The position numbers and the translations under genes were made by a program. DNA of 64,000 nt from a virus: positions 1-64,000 of IMG/VR virus record IMGVR_UViG_3300037493_007233; one strand, written 5' to 3'. Positions 25,696 through 35,727 of the stretch are shown here, piece by piece. Numbering within the stretch: position 1 is the stretch's first letter; each line of letters opens with the position of its first letter. The notes under the pieces are model-generated. The model was not told the DNA's origin and did no database searches. It saw only the letters and a list, made by a program, of their open reading frames with translations.

Positions 25696-26019
25696 ATGAC
25701 AGAAGAAAACATCGACCCGGATCAGGAATTTTCAATTCAAGACAGCACAGAAGAATTTGAAACTGGTGAAGAATCATCTAACGATTACCAACCAGCTGAG
25801 ACAGATTTCGATCAAGATTCTGCAGTAGCCGATCAAGACTACGATCAAGTAACCGAACCAGCAGACCAGCAATCATTTTCTGACACCTCTGATATTTCAC
25901 AGCCAGCTCAGAGTATTGAAGCATCTACACAAATTTCGGAACCCGAACAAAAAACCCCATCACCACAAAGTTTTAGGGTAATGAGGTTTGAGGATTTCGT
26001 TAGCCAGCCGAACGATTAA
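25696..26019 (+). CDS. acidic low-complexity hypothetical protein
   Basis: Preceded by GATATATA (25662-25669); C-terminal RVMRFEDF motif. Confidence 0.7.
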   Translation: MTEENIDPDQEFSIQDSTEEFETGEESSNDYQPAETDFDQDSAVADQDYDQVTEPADQQSFSDTSDISQPAQSIEASTQISEPEQKTPSPQSFRVMRFEDFVSQPND

Positions 26020-26198
26020 TCTTCGGAAGAAGTACTTCTACCAAGATCTCTTCTGATAAGCTTTCTCACGTAATGTGAAACTGAAACTGGAGGCTCACCT
26101 TTAGTTAAAGCCTGCTTTGAGATCTTTTTTCCAAGCTCTTCTAAATCTTCTGTAGAAAGAAGTACTTGTATTTTTTCGGTTTTTTCTTCTCTTGCCAT
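26016..26198 (-). CDS. small ribbon-helix-helix-like DNA-binding protein
   Basis: KIQVLLS..SVSHYVRKLIRRDL pattern. Confidence 0.55.
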   Translation of the reverse strand: MAREEKTEKIQVLLSTEDLEELGKKISKQALTKGEPPVSVSHYVRKLIRRDLGRSTSSED

Positions 26199-26232
26199 TT
26201 TTATTGGTGGTTTTAATTTTAATTGCTATCTG

Positions 26233-27693
26233 TTACTCGAATTTTATTCCGGTATGTGGTTTACCATTAGACTTGTATTGATTGTAGTCTTTATCGAAAT
26301 TTTCTGTTGCTATAAACTTAGTATCTGGATTTACCATGACACCCATAGCTTTCATCGTATTTCTATTTATTAGGAGGGGAGTACTTTTATGGGTTCTATC
26401 TAATATAGCAACTTTCATCGTGTAGGGATTGCCTAAGAATTTTATTTCCATTTCTACCGTTGGATACTTAATAACTCCTTTACTGTGGATGCCCCCTGAG
26501 ATATCAGTTTGCCCAATTATCTTCTTTTTAAATTTCTTTTTTCCTATTTCGAAATATAGGGTTTTTCCTTTTTCTTCGACCTTATCTCCGTGAAGTACAC
26601 AGCAAAGAGTCCCATTCCCTGTATCAAATTTCCCTATCACTTTTCCTAGTCCTTCAACCTCAACAGTTTCCATATATCCAACCTCGATGCTGGGAAGAAT
26701 CCAGTTATTTTGATCCATTAAGAAATCAATCACGTCATTTACAATAGGCTTTCCAAGAGCTTCAGAAATTCCCTCCGTTCCAGGCGAAGAATTTACTTCT
26801 AACACATAAGGCTTGTTGGTCTTCTGATCGATCATGATATCAACTCCACTCCAATTACACCCAGTTTCCCTGGCTGCTTTGAAAGCAATTTCCTCAATTT
26901 CTTTAGTTAATTTTACTTTTTCAACAGTTCCACCCAGAGAATAGTTAGTTCTAAAGTCTTTACCTACGGAATTTCTTCTCATTGCTCCTATAATTCTATA
27001 GTTTCCAGGATGATCTAAATCTCTTATATCGATGTTTTTTATTAGAACGTGAATTCTAAGATCATATTTAGAGTCTATTTTTTCCTGCAACAGAACTTCG
27101 CCGGTCTCATCCAGTTTCTTAATAGTCTGGAAAACAGATTTTAATGAATTAAAAGAATCTACTATTGAAACTCCGATTCCTTTCGATCCTGTTAATAACT
27201 TCATAACAACAGGAAATTTTCCTCCTATAGTCTTTACTGCTTCCTCCATTTTTTCTTCTGAAGAAAGGATTGCATATCTGGGAACAGGAACCCCAACATT
27301 TTTTAAAATTTGACACGTGGAAAATTTATTCTCACAAATTTCCATAGGAAGAAGTCTGTTGACTATAAAATATCTTCCGGCTTCAAGTGTTCTTAATATC
27401 TCTTTATTGTGAGTGCTTTTAAGAACCCCAGATCTTGCTACTATTATAGTAGAATCGGGGTAAGCACTAGCTTCTTGTTTTCCGTCGCTAATTAAATATC
27501 CTCCATCGATTTTTTTTAACTCAGTTAAATCTATGTCTAGGACATTAATCTTAATTTTCTTCTTTTTACATTCTTTTTCGAGGGACCGGGAAAATTCATT
27601 TGTTCCACCTCCAATAAGAACAACCATATTGGGTTTTACTGACCTAGCTTCGTTCAGAAATGTTTCGAAGTCTACTATCCTATTAAAGGTCAT
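26233..27693 (-). CDS. RimK-like ATP-grasp ligase fused to retropepsin-like (RimB-type) protease
   Basis: NKF, GSKGIGV, LLQE, DLR, FRTNYSLGG, GVDI, LEVNSSPG; C-terminal KFDTG..LLINR. Confidence 0.85.
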   Translation of the reverse strand: MTFNRIVDFETFLNEARSVKPNMVVLIGGGTNEFSRSLEKECKKKKIKINVLDIDLTELKKIDGGYLISDGKQEASAYPDSTIIVARSGVLKSTHNKEILRTLEAGRYFIVNRLLPMEICENKFSTCQILKNVGVPVPRYAILSSEEKMEEAVKTIGGKFPVVMKLLTGSKGIGVSIVDSFNSLKSVFQTIKKLDETGEVLLQEKIDSKYDLRIHVLIKNIDIRDLDHPGNYRIIGAMRRNSVGKDFRTNYSLGGTVEKVKLTKEIEEIAFKAARETGCNWSGVDIMIDQKTNKPYVLEVNSSPGTEGISEALGKPIVNDVIDFLMDQNNWILPSIEVGYMETVEVEGLGKVIGKFDTGNGTLCCVLHGDKVEEKGKTLYFEIGKKKFKKKIIGQTDISGGIHSKGVIKYPTVEMEIKFLGNPYTMKVAILDRTHKSTPLLINRNTMKAMGVMVNPDTKFIATENFDKDYNQYKSNGKPHTGIKFE

Positions 27694-27736
27694 TATAAAT
27701 AATTATTTTTAGACTATATATCTTCCCAGATAGGAT

Positions 27737-28006
27737 TTAAAAGGGAATTTCCTCGAGTAATAACTGGACATCTATTGCTTGTTTTATTTTACCTATCTCA
27801 TGGCATTTTTCATATTCCTCTTCTAATAAGAAGAAGTCAAGCAACTCCTGCAGTCTTTCACACTTGAAAGCTGAGGTAAACCATTTGTCTGTAATAAATC
27901 CTAGCTTATTCTCAATTAGCATGCAATAGTTTTCATACATGAAATCTCTATACTCCTCGAATCCATCAGGATCTATTCCCTCAAAAATGTGATCGTTGGT
28001 TATCAT
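27737..28006 (-). CDS. hypothetical protein
   Basis: EEYEKC UVR-like motif. Confidence 0.6.
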   Translation of the reverse strand: MITNDHIFEGIDPDGFEEYRDFMYENYCMLIENKLGFITDKWFTSAFKCERLQELLDFFLLEEEYEKCHEIGKIKQAIDVQLLLEEIPF

Positions 28007-28181
28007 TTTTTTCTTTTACTAAACTTTCTACCCCTTTTACATAGTCCATGGAATCAGCTGATCCAATAACCGTGTCTGGCCTGTATAAATACATGTTTAA
28101 AAATTCCTCATCGGAATTCATCTTTTCTCTGATCTCCCTGAGCTTATCAAGTTCTGGTAGATATCTTTTATTAAATCCCAT
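27981..28181 (-). CDS. hypothetical protein
   Basis: ORF coupled to the polymerase gene. Confidence 0.6.
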   Translation of the reverse strand: MGFNKRYLPELDKLREIREKMNSDEEFLNMYLYRPDTVIGSADSMDYVKGVESLVKEKNDNQRSHF

Positions 28182-29320
28182 TAGAAGAGTGTGTTAATCA
28201 TAAACAGATTTGGACTGATTGGATTGTGGCCCATAACTTCGATGAATCTATTGATTGGATCCAGAATTGTTTTTGTGAACTGCTCATCATAATCTATAGG
28301 AGGAGCAAATTCATAAGGATAAGCACCTTGGGCATAAGCAAATACGTTATTGTCCATAGATGATTTCGTTTTCACAAAGTAAAATCTAACCTTGTCTCCG
28401 CTTCTAAGTAGTGGGTATTTGTCTTTGTACTTTGAATTGTTGAGCAGGTAATTGTGGTATCCAGAAGCTCTTACGTGGATTGGGCAACCTTTTGCAACTT
28501 CTAATCCAGTGCTGTCATTCAATATGAATTTCTCCATGTTATTAACAGAAATACCAGCAGAGATGTTTTCCGGCTGTTGAGCTTTGAAATCTTTTTTGAT
28601 TGCCTTTAACTCGGTAACGAATTCTCTTAGATTGAAACTTCTTCCCTTTGAAAAAATGAATTTTGTTAGGAATAGAAGCTTTTCTCTTACAAAAGAAGGC
28701 GTACCTCCTTTAATCATCTCCACCCCAGTTGTTTTGATGGCGGATAAAGGTTCAGAGTGTACTCCGTCAGAGTAAACTATGTTTGTAACGTATTTCTTCT
28801 TACCTAGGAAAATTCCATTGATCGATAAGGTTTCAAGCTCAAAATCTTGGTAATTATCGGTACCCCATTTGGTTGAATACAGATCAAAACACTTCTTGAG
28901 ATATCCTGTCAATCTATATTCGTTGATCTTGAGAATAAGATCCTTATCCTCTCCCTTCCAATCACATGAAGCTACTACTTCCTGGAAAGTAACATAATTT
29001 GAATCCGTGTCTCCGTACACAACCATCGGGCGGTGTATTTTCTTGACTTCAGTAAGACCCAATTTCTCGTGCAATTCTGCATCGAGATGCCAATACTCAT
29101 GGAAATATTTGTGAAGAATCTTTTCAGAGTGCTTGATCAAATCCTGGCCCTGCAGGGTAACTGCTTCAGCTACCTCAGGATTAAAGCAAGCAAACCAGTT
29201 ATTACCAATCGCACCGTAGATTGAGTTCATGGTAAGCTTTACCGCTTGCTCCTCGTTTTTGAGCTCGTTTTTTAAAGCAGTCAGCTCCTCAATTTTCTTT
29301 TTTAATTCCTCTTTTTCCAT
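28181..29320 (-). CDS. family B DNA polymerase, C-terminal half (motifs B, C, thumb)
   Basis: KLTMNSIYG, YGDTDS, KKKY, PIHVRA, GDKVRF. Confidence 0.92.
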   Translation of the reverse strand: MEKEELKKKIEELTALKNELKNEEQAVKLTMNSIYGAIGNNWFACFNPEVAEAVTLQGQDLIKHSEKILHKYFHEYWHLDAELHEKLGLTEVKKIHRPMVVYGDTDSNYVTFQEVVASCDWKGEDKDLILKINEYRLTGYLKKCFDLYSTKWGTDNYQDFELETLSINGIFLGKKKYVTNIVYSDGVHSEPLSAIKTTGVEMIKGGTPSFVREKLLFLTKFIFSKGRSFNLREFVTELKAIKKDFKAQQPENISAGISVNNMEKFILNDSTGLEVAKGCPIHVRASGYHNYLLNNSKYKDKYPLLRSGDKVRFYFVKTKSSMDNNVFAYAQGAYPYEFAPPIDYDEQFTKTILDPINRFIEVMGHNPISPNLFMINTLF

Positions 29321-29323
29321 ATT

Positions 29324-30085
29324 TTATTTTTCAATCACACCAACCGCAGTCGAAGTATCGGTTTGGTCTGAAAAGAATACGATCCTGTTTTCGTGGATGT
29401 AGCAAAAACAAGATTCGGTATCCACGTAATTCAAGTGTGATTTGTAAATAGATGAATCTGCAGACTCATCCGAAGTAATGTCCGATTTTCCAATATTTAA
29501 TTTGTAATCAAACGAATCTCCAGTTACTTTTACCGAATCACTAGTCACTCGGAAAACCAAAAGCTCCTCAGAGTTTGACTCCATTCCGCAAAGTGAAATT
29601 AGAGAAGAGAAATCGGAGTTGTAGATTTTAAAGTTGCTAAGTGCATCTTCTTTTGAATGTACAATTCCTAAGATCTTGTCTTCAACATACGATAGGAGAG
29701 AAAGATCAGCACATCTTAATTTGATTTTCAAGGAAGCTGAAACTACCTGTAGTTCAGTTGCTACACACTCACCTTCAACGGTAGAGGTCGAGATATCGAT
29801 AAAAATATCCTCTTCCGTTCTAAAGTGCTTAAAGCAGTCCATCAACCTTGTAACATCCATCAACCCAATTTTGATCCTATCACATTTAAGAGATGCAAAG
29901 TCTGTGAGTGCGTCGAAAATCTGGTCGTTGCTGATGCCCGCATATTTCATTACAGATTTATCGGGGGTGTGAACTTTTGAGAAAAGCTTGTCTTCGGTCA
30001 ATTCCAGTAAAACACTCTTGTCTACTACTTTAAGTTTCTTCAGGAAAGAAATTAGATTACTGGTACTTGTTACTCTTATCTTCAT
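29324..30085 (-). CDS. probable sliding clamp (gp45-like)
   Basis: 253 aa beta-rich protein next to polymerase; IGLMDVTRL resembles gp45 pattern. Confidence 0.55.
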   Translation of the reverse strand: MKIRVTSTSNLISFLKKLKVVDKSVLLELTEDKLFSKVHTPDKSVMKYAGISNDQIFDALTDFASLKCDRIKIGLMDVTRLMDCFKHFRTEEDIFIDISTSTVEGECVATELQVVSASLKIKLRCADLSLLSYVEDKILGIVHSKEDALSNFKIYNSDFSSLISLCGMESNSEELLVFRVTSDSVKVTGDSFDYKLNIGKSDITSDESADSSIYKSHLNYVDTESCFCYIHENRIVFFSDQTDTSTAVGVIEK

Positions 30086-30141
30086 TATTTTATTTTTGTT
30101 TTTATATGTCGTTAATGTTTAAAATTTCGATCTTTTACCTA

Positions 30142-31512
30142 TTATTCAGAATCTCCATCAACCTCTTCGGGTGTAAAAATTTCAATGTCTGTGTTAATTC
30201 TCAGTGGCTCAGATCCTACAGGGATCAAAGATGTTGATTTACCCTTTAATTTAATTGGGCCCAAACTTTTAACAACAGCTTCTTGCTTTTTGATCAACGC
30301 CTGGGTTTCCTTGATCAACTGCTTGATCCTTTTGATTTCTGCTTCTGTTTCTACAATATGATCAGAGGATAGCTTTACAATTTGAATGTGAGAAAGCTTT
30401 GCGGAAATCCAGGAAACAAACTGGGAGAGAAATGTAGTTATCTCCTCGTTAGTTCTTTTCTTTTGACTCATAAAAATCAAGAATTTAAGTTTTGCTTCTA
30501 GAAATTCTAGGTCAAACTTTAAATTTTCAAAATCTTTAGCAAGTCTTCGTAGCTTAACTGTTTCTAGATGAATCTTGAAAGCATCAAGATATTCTTTTAC
30601 GGAGTTAAACTGAGCCACCCCTCCGTCTTTAATTAGCACAACATCCTCCTTCACTATGATCTGTGTTAACTTCTTTACCAGTTCAACTACAGATTGAAAT
30701 TCCTTTGGCTGTATCTTTGAGAACCAAATGGTTACATCACACTTACTCTGTGAGTTGTTATTCAATTTAAACTCGTGCCCATAAGAGGAAAGCTTATTGA
30801 TAAGCTTCTCCATAAAAGAATCATATCTCATTACAGGTGGAAGATCGAAAATCCTGATTGTTCTTTTTGTGGCGTTGCTTTCAAATCCACTTTCAAGCAA
30901 CCAAACATTTTCCTCGTTTTCGAACTTATAGATTTTTCCGGTAAAATCCCTGAAATAAGGTTTAAGTATCTTGTTCTTACCCTCTAGATATTCAATTATA
31001 TCTTCCATTTTACGGGGAAGGATGTTGCTTCTATATCCAACAGCAATACCGATTATATGGGTAAGCAAACCAACAGGCACTTCTACATGTAGCCAGTCGT
31101 GTCCGCCCTCCTCGTTTTTCTCATTGAGATCTGAGTGGCGGTTTACAATATTCTTAACCTCTGGGTTAATCCTTACCGAAGTATATCGGGCAGCTGATGG
31201 GCTGGGATTTACTGGGGATCCAAAAAATCCATCTCCTTCGAGAACCTGATACGAGCATCCAAAAGGCCTGGCCAATTTTGAAATAGCCCCAGATAATGAT
31301 GAATCACCATGGTGATACAAGCCGGTTCTGATTACTTCTCCGACTAGACCAATTGTCTTGTTGTAATGTGATGGGCTGTTTTCCAGAATGATTCTCTGAA
31401 CCGGAGTCAACGAATCATAAAAATTAGGAATACCTCTTGATTGCAAAACGTACAAAGCATATTCTCTGTACTTATGATTAATCTGATCTGAAATACTTAG
31501 TGTCGAACTCAA
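30142..31512 (-). CDS. DNA topoisomerase II, GyrA/gp52-like subunit
   Basis: RGIP..DSLTPVQR, YHHGD, SAARYT catalytic Tyr, GIAVG. Confidence 0.92.
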   Translation of the reverse strand: MSSTLSISDQINHKYREYALYVLQSRGIPNFYDSLTPVQRIILENSPSHYNKTIGLVGEVIRTGLYHHGDSSLSGAISKLARPFGCSYQVLEGDGFFGSPVNPSPSAARYTSVRINPEVKNIVNRHSDLNEKNEEGGHDWLHVEVPVGLLTHIIGIAVGYRSNILPRKMEDIIEYLEGKNKILKPYFRDFTGKIYKFENEENVWLLESGFESNATKRTIRIFDLPPVMRYDSFMEKLINKLSSYGHEFKLNNNSQSKCDVTIWFSKIQPKEFQSVVELVKKLTQIIVKEDVVLIKDGGVAQFNSVKEYLDAFKIHLETVKLRRLAKDFENLKFDLEFLEAKLKFLIFMSQKKRTNEEITTFLSQFVSWISAKLSHIQIVKLSSDHIVETEAEIKRIKQLIKETQALIKKQEAVVKSLGPIKLKGKSTSLIPVGSEPLRINTDIEIFTPEEVDGDSE

Positions 31513-31563
31513 AACCTTATTCTTTCAGTATTGTATGAAAGGTAGGTTTAGATGTTTCTAATA

Positions 31564-32712
31564 TTATGCAGTCTTCTTAGATTGATCCTTTTCTTTTGTC
31601 TGTACTAAAGAAGCAGATGCTAAAACTTTAGGTGAGATATCGTCGATCTGAACCAGAGCAAAATCTATTTCCTGCTGATTTTTGGCTTTCATGTCGGCAA
31701 GGATCTCACGAAGGTCTGCAGAGTTTTTCAAAACTATACATCCTGCCGAATGTGAATCCACGGTTGGGGTAGATCCTGATCTTAATCCTCTGTGAATATT
31801 TATACCACCCTGACCATTTTCTTCCTTTCCAGGAGAATATGTGGTAAAGGTAGCTTTAGAGGGATCGTCTACTGGTTCATATCTCTGTATTTTAATACTT
31901 TCAGCTTGAACAAGTGCTTCGTATTGACCTCTATGTTTGCCTATCTTATATCTATAAACCCCGGGTTGCATGATAGCTGGTCCATTAGGATTAACAACAT
32001 CTTTTGCTCCAGTTGCAACATAGTAATTACGGAAAGATTTAACCAAAAAGAAAGGTCCAGGAACTGTAGTTGCAGGAAAGAATTCAACATTCTTTTCTTT
32101 CTGTGGGCTCATGAGGAAAACCACATCAGTAAATCTGTTAGGATAATTCTTTTTGGTTGAAATTTTATTTCTGAGACCAACAAGATTGTACTGATCGAAA
32201 TTCATTTCCTTAGAGAGTCCTTCAGAATCTAAAATTGCCTTTAAACCATCCCAAGTTATAACATTAACATCATCAAATTCATAGTCTGAACTCTGTGGTA
32301 GTAATTTATAATCTGGCTTCTGGGTTTTATTTCCAGCAGCATTAAGATTCTTAATGTTTTCGTCTGCAGCTTTTTTATTAGCGGAGTCTTTAGAAAGATC
32401 TGCTTCGACCTCTTCAGCGGTTGCCGGTGAATCCGATGGTATTATTTTAGCTTCTTCCCATGCTGCTTTAAGGTTAGGATCAGCATCGACAGCAGCAAGT
32501 AAATCCCCACCAAATTTGGTTGCGAAGAAAAGGTCACGAATAAATGTTTTACTAACATTTTCTTTTTTACCAGCTTCCTTACTAGAACCTTTTAAAGCTC
32601 CCTTAACTTCTGCTCCTTGGGCTAGTGCTTTTTGAATTATTGTTGGCTGGGCAAGGGAAGCCTCGTTTATTTCACCAAATTCGCTAAATGATAAGATTCT
32701 TTTGGGCATCAA
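31564..32712 (-). CDS. putative virion protein with YkuD/L,D-transpeptidase-like C-terminal domain
   Basis: GINIHRG..SAGCIV; capsid-targeting-like N-terminus RILSFSEFGEINEA. Confidence 0.55.
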   Translation of the reverse strand: MMPKRILSFSEFGEINEASLAQPTIIQKALAQGAEVKGALKGSSKEAGKKENVSKTFIRDLFFATKFGGDLLAAVDADPNLKAAWEEAKIIPSDSPATAEEVEADLSKDSANKKAADENIKNLNAAGNKTQKPDYKLLPQSSDYEFDDVNVITWDGLKAILDSEGLSKEMNFDQYNLVGLRNKISTKKNYPNRFTDVVFLMSPQKEKNVEFFPATTVPGPFFLVKSFRNYYVATGAKDVVNPNGPAIMQPGVYRYKIGKHRGQYEALVQAESIKIQRYEPVDDPSKATFTTYSPGKEENGQGGINIHRGLRSGSTPTVDSHSAGCIVLKNSADLREILADMKAKNQQEIDFALVQIDDISPKVLASASLVQTKEKDQSKKTA

Positions 32713-32724
32713 ATGTTATTATTT

Positions 32725-33081
32725 TTAGATCTCTCCATCTCTATTTATCTTCGAAGAAAAAGAGTTTAATAAGAACACTATAAAAGAATTGATTATAACA
32801 CTTATACCACTATTCAAGAATCCCCAGGTCAGAATTGTTAATGGCAGATATAATATTGAACCAGGATTTAAAAGATCGCAAAAGGGATTTACAATATGGT
32901 CTAGAACCGAAAGAATTCCTAATCCTATACCAACCCAAAATCCTGAGCATTGCATACAGGTAAGAAGCTTAGAAAACATCTGATTCTTTACCATCAAATA
33001 AATTCTTATCCCGTCGAAAATGGATCCATTAACAATGATGTTGGTAATAGACCACCCTATAATAATTAATAATAAAAGCAT
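32725..33081 (-). CDS. membrane protein (DUF1360-like)
   Basis: Hydrophobic, LLTCMQCSGFW. Confidence 0.65.
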   Translation of the reverse strand: MLLLLIIIGWSITNIIVNGSIFDGIRIYLMVKNQMFSKLLTCMQCSGFWVGIGLGILSVLDHIVNPFCDLLNPGSILYLPLTILTWGFLNSGISVIINSFIVFLLNSFSSKINRDGEI

Positions 33082-33083
33082 GT

Positions 33084-34133
33084 TTAAAAAGATTTTTTAT
33101 ATGTATTTAGAAATTCAGTCTGTTCCTGAGTTAAATTTTTTGGTACCTTCAGGGAAATCCTAACCAGAATGTCGCCACAGAAATCATTATTGAATTCAGG
33201 TACACCTTTACCTGCTAATCTGAATATTTTTCCTGGATCAGTACCTGCTGGAACTGCAATTTTGTAATCTCCGCCAGTAGAAATATTTGGTATCTTAATT
33301 TCGGTACCAAGGCATGCCTCAGGAAAAGTAATTTCCTTTTCACATATTAGGTTTATACCATCCCTTTTATAAAACTCGTGTGGTAAATCCTCGACGGTAA
33401 TTATTAAATCCCCTGGATCCGATGGCATTTTTTCAAAATCTCCTTTTCCCTCCATCTTAAAAGATATCCCAGTAACTGAACCCTTAGGTATGTTTAGTTC
33501 AACTTGATCTATATTTCTTTGGGTTCCGGCACCGCCGCAATAGGTACAGATTGCCTTAGGAACCTGTCCATGACCAGAGCAGGCATAGCAACTTTCGTCC
33601 AGAGCCATCTGTCCGAAATTTGTATTTACTACCTTTCTTTTAACGCCCAAACCAGCACAGGCAACACAAGTATCTACGTCGCCATTTTTAGCACCTGTTC
33701 CTTTACACGGATCACAGATTAGCCTTCTGTAAACATTAACCTTTCTGTTTGAACCTTTAAGTACATCCTCGAGATTAATCTGGATTCTAGCATTGATATT
33801 TTTTCCTTTGCCAACCGGATCTCTCGGTGCCTGCCTTCCGCCAAAACCACCAGAAAAGATGTCTTGGAATGGATTGCCGCCAGCGAATGGACTATTAAAT
33901 CCACCAAAACCCCCATGTCCTCCAAAAGGATTTGGATTATCATATTTGGATTTTTTTGCGGGATCGGATAAGTTTTCGTAAGCTTCTGCTATTTCCTGGA
34001 ATCTCTGCGATGCCTCCGGGCTACCCGGATTTTTGTCTGGATGATATTTAAGTGCTAACTTTCTGTAGCTCTTTTTAATTTCTTCGGGGCTTGCATTTCT
34101 CCCCACCCCTAAAATTTGATAATAATCTTTCAT
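33084..34133 (-). CDS. dnaJ: DnaJ chaperone
   Basis: J domain HPD, G/F region, four CxxCxGxG repeats. Confidence 0.95.
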   Translation of the reverse strand: MKDYYQILGVGRNASPEEIKKSYRKLALKYHPDKNPGSPEASQRFQEIAEAYENLSDPAKKSKYDNPNPFGGHGGFGGFNSPFAGGNPFQDIFSGGFGGRQAPRDPVGKGKNINARIQINLEDVLKGSNRKVNVYRRLICDPCKGTGAKNGDVDTCVACAGLGVKRKVVNTNFGQMALDESCYACSGHGQVPKAICTYCGGAGTQRNIDQVELNIPKGSVTGISFKMEGKGDFEKMPSDPGDLIITVEDLPHEFYKRDGINLICEKEITFPEACLGTEIKIPNISTGGDYKIAVPAGTDPGKIFRLAGKGVPEFNNDFCGDILVRISLKVPKNLTQEQTEFLNTYKKSF

Positions 34134-34144
34134 CTAGTTTATCG

Positions 34145-34492
34145 TCAAAATGAAGATTTAAGCCATTCCCTAATTACAGTCTCTTGACCTTTCTTATTCT
34201 TGGGAATACCTCTCCACTTTGACTTTAGTTCCTTAGCTAGAACTAAAATTTCTGCACAAAGTTCGTAATTCTCTTCTACCTCCCAGTATTTAATCATGCG
34301 GGAAGCAAAATCATCGATCTTTTGTTCGCAATCAAAGATATAAATAAATTCCTCGCCTTGGGTTCGGAGAGCAACTAGGAAAAGATCCTGAACTGCTCTA
34401 TCGATATGATTTTTCAACACAGAAAACTGGGGATGATCCTCAAAGGATGATCGCCAATCGTTATATGGGAAGTTTTCTGAGTTGTTAGACAT
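34145..34492 (-). CDS. hypothetical protein
   Basis: ENYELC motif like 27737. Confidence 0.6.
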   Translation of the reverse strand: MSNNSENFPYNDWRSSFEDHPQFSVLKNHIDRAVQDLFLVALRTQGEEFIYIFDCEQKIDDFASRMIKYWEVEENYELCAEILVLAKELKSKWRGIPKNKKGQETVIREWLKSSF

Positions 34493-34748
34493 TCTTTTTG
34501 TTCTCGGCCAGAAAATTATATATCTCTATGTAAGTGGATTGATCTGCTAAATCTAAAAAAGTAAGGCTTAGTTTATTTAGAAGATCGTTGGTTTGTTCCT
34601 CACCAAAGTTTTCAAATAATACCTCTTTTTTGATTCTGGCTTCAATTTCACTATCACGTTGATATTTTACTCTTTCGTCCTTCAAAGATAAAATTTTATT
34701 TTCAAATTCTTTGAACGCTTCTAGTTCTTTTTTTCCAATTTCTTTCAT
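34485..34748 (-). CDS. hypothetical protein
   Basis: ORF in operon. Confidence 0.55.
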   Translation of the reverse strand: MKEIGKKELEAFKEFENKILSLKDERVKYQRDSEIEARIKKEVLFENFGEEQTNDLLNKLSLTFLDLADQSTYIEIYNFLAENKKNV

Positions 34749-35683
34749 AGAAGTATTTTTTCGATTTTTTGGTGATAATCAAGGAGGGCTTTATCCTTCA
34801 TTTTTACCTCTAATTCTATATCGAAAAAATGCCCATATGTTTCAATTTCTGTGTTTATCCAATCCGAATGCGCAAGCTCCTTAGCCGAAGAATCCTCAAA
34901 CAATTTTCTAGATTCTGAATAATGTGTAAGAGGAGTAATACAGACTGGCCAACTAGAAAGGCAAATCTTAAGGGATTCCTCCTCGCTTAATTCTTCGGGT
35001 GGATTACATTTATTATGAAGATAATCAAAAGTAATTGGTATACCAATTTTTTTGTGTACCATTTCATAGAGATCAACAGAAGTGTATTGTGATCTTTTAT
35101 CATCGACCTCTACGACTAATCTAGCTTTAACTCCTTCAGGGAGCAGAAAAAAATTATTGCAAAATCTCTCCGCTGCTTCTTCTTTGGTCGGCTGGGTTGT
35201 ATTGACGTGTATGTTAATAGGATATAAATGTGTCCTATCTAAATTCATCAAATCCATAATTTCAGCGTGTTGAGATAACTCTTTAATCGCTTTCTTAACG
35301 ACATCTTCCCTAAGTGAAGCTAAAACTGAATATGGTGAAGGGTGAAATGTTAATCTTTGACTGAGCCCAACTGCAATTCTACCTGCTAATTCCAATTTCT
35401 GCTTGATGTATTCGAAATCAGGTAGATCTTTTATTTCATACTCAGAGCACCACGGAAACATGTCAGAACTCATTCTGTACATCTTTATGCCCATTTGGTT
35501 ATTCCATTCAATTATGGTACAAAGATCAGTAACATTTTGTTTTGCAAGTTCAGAAGCATAAGAAATTCCCCTTTCGAGAAATGTCTTTTTAGTCATGGAT
35601 CTGTTAGTGGTAACGCGATCTGATTTTTTACCCTCTTGCAAAGTCATGTTTATGCAACAGTATCCATATCTTCTTTTCATCAT
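34745..35683 (-). CDS. uvsE: UV damage endonuclease
   Basis: GYCCIN, YRMSSDMFPW, RLTFHP, INIH, FDYLH, HYSES, AHSD, EVKMKD. Confidence 0.92.
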   Translation of the reverse strand: MMKRRYGYCCINMTLQEGKKSDRVTTNRSMTKKTFLERGISYASELAKQNVTDLCTIIEWNNQMGIKMYRMSSDMFPWCSEYEIKDLPDFEYIKQKLELAGRIAVGLSQRLTFHPSPYSVLASLREDVVKKAIKELSQHAEIMDLMNLDRTHLYPINIHVNTTQPTKEEAAERFCNNFFLLPEGVKARLVVEVDDKRSQYTSVDLYEMVHKKIGIPITFDYLHNKCNPPEELSEEESLKICLSSWPVCITPLTHYSESRKLFEDSSAKELAHSDWINTEIETYGHFFDIELEVKMKDKALLDYHQKIEKILL

Positions 35684-35727
35684 TTCGTAAAGTTAGGCGG
35701 AATAAACGTGATAAAAAAATACCTTAG

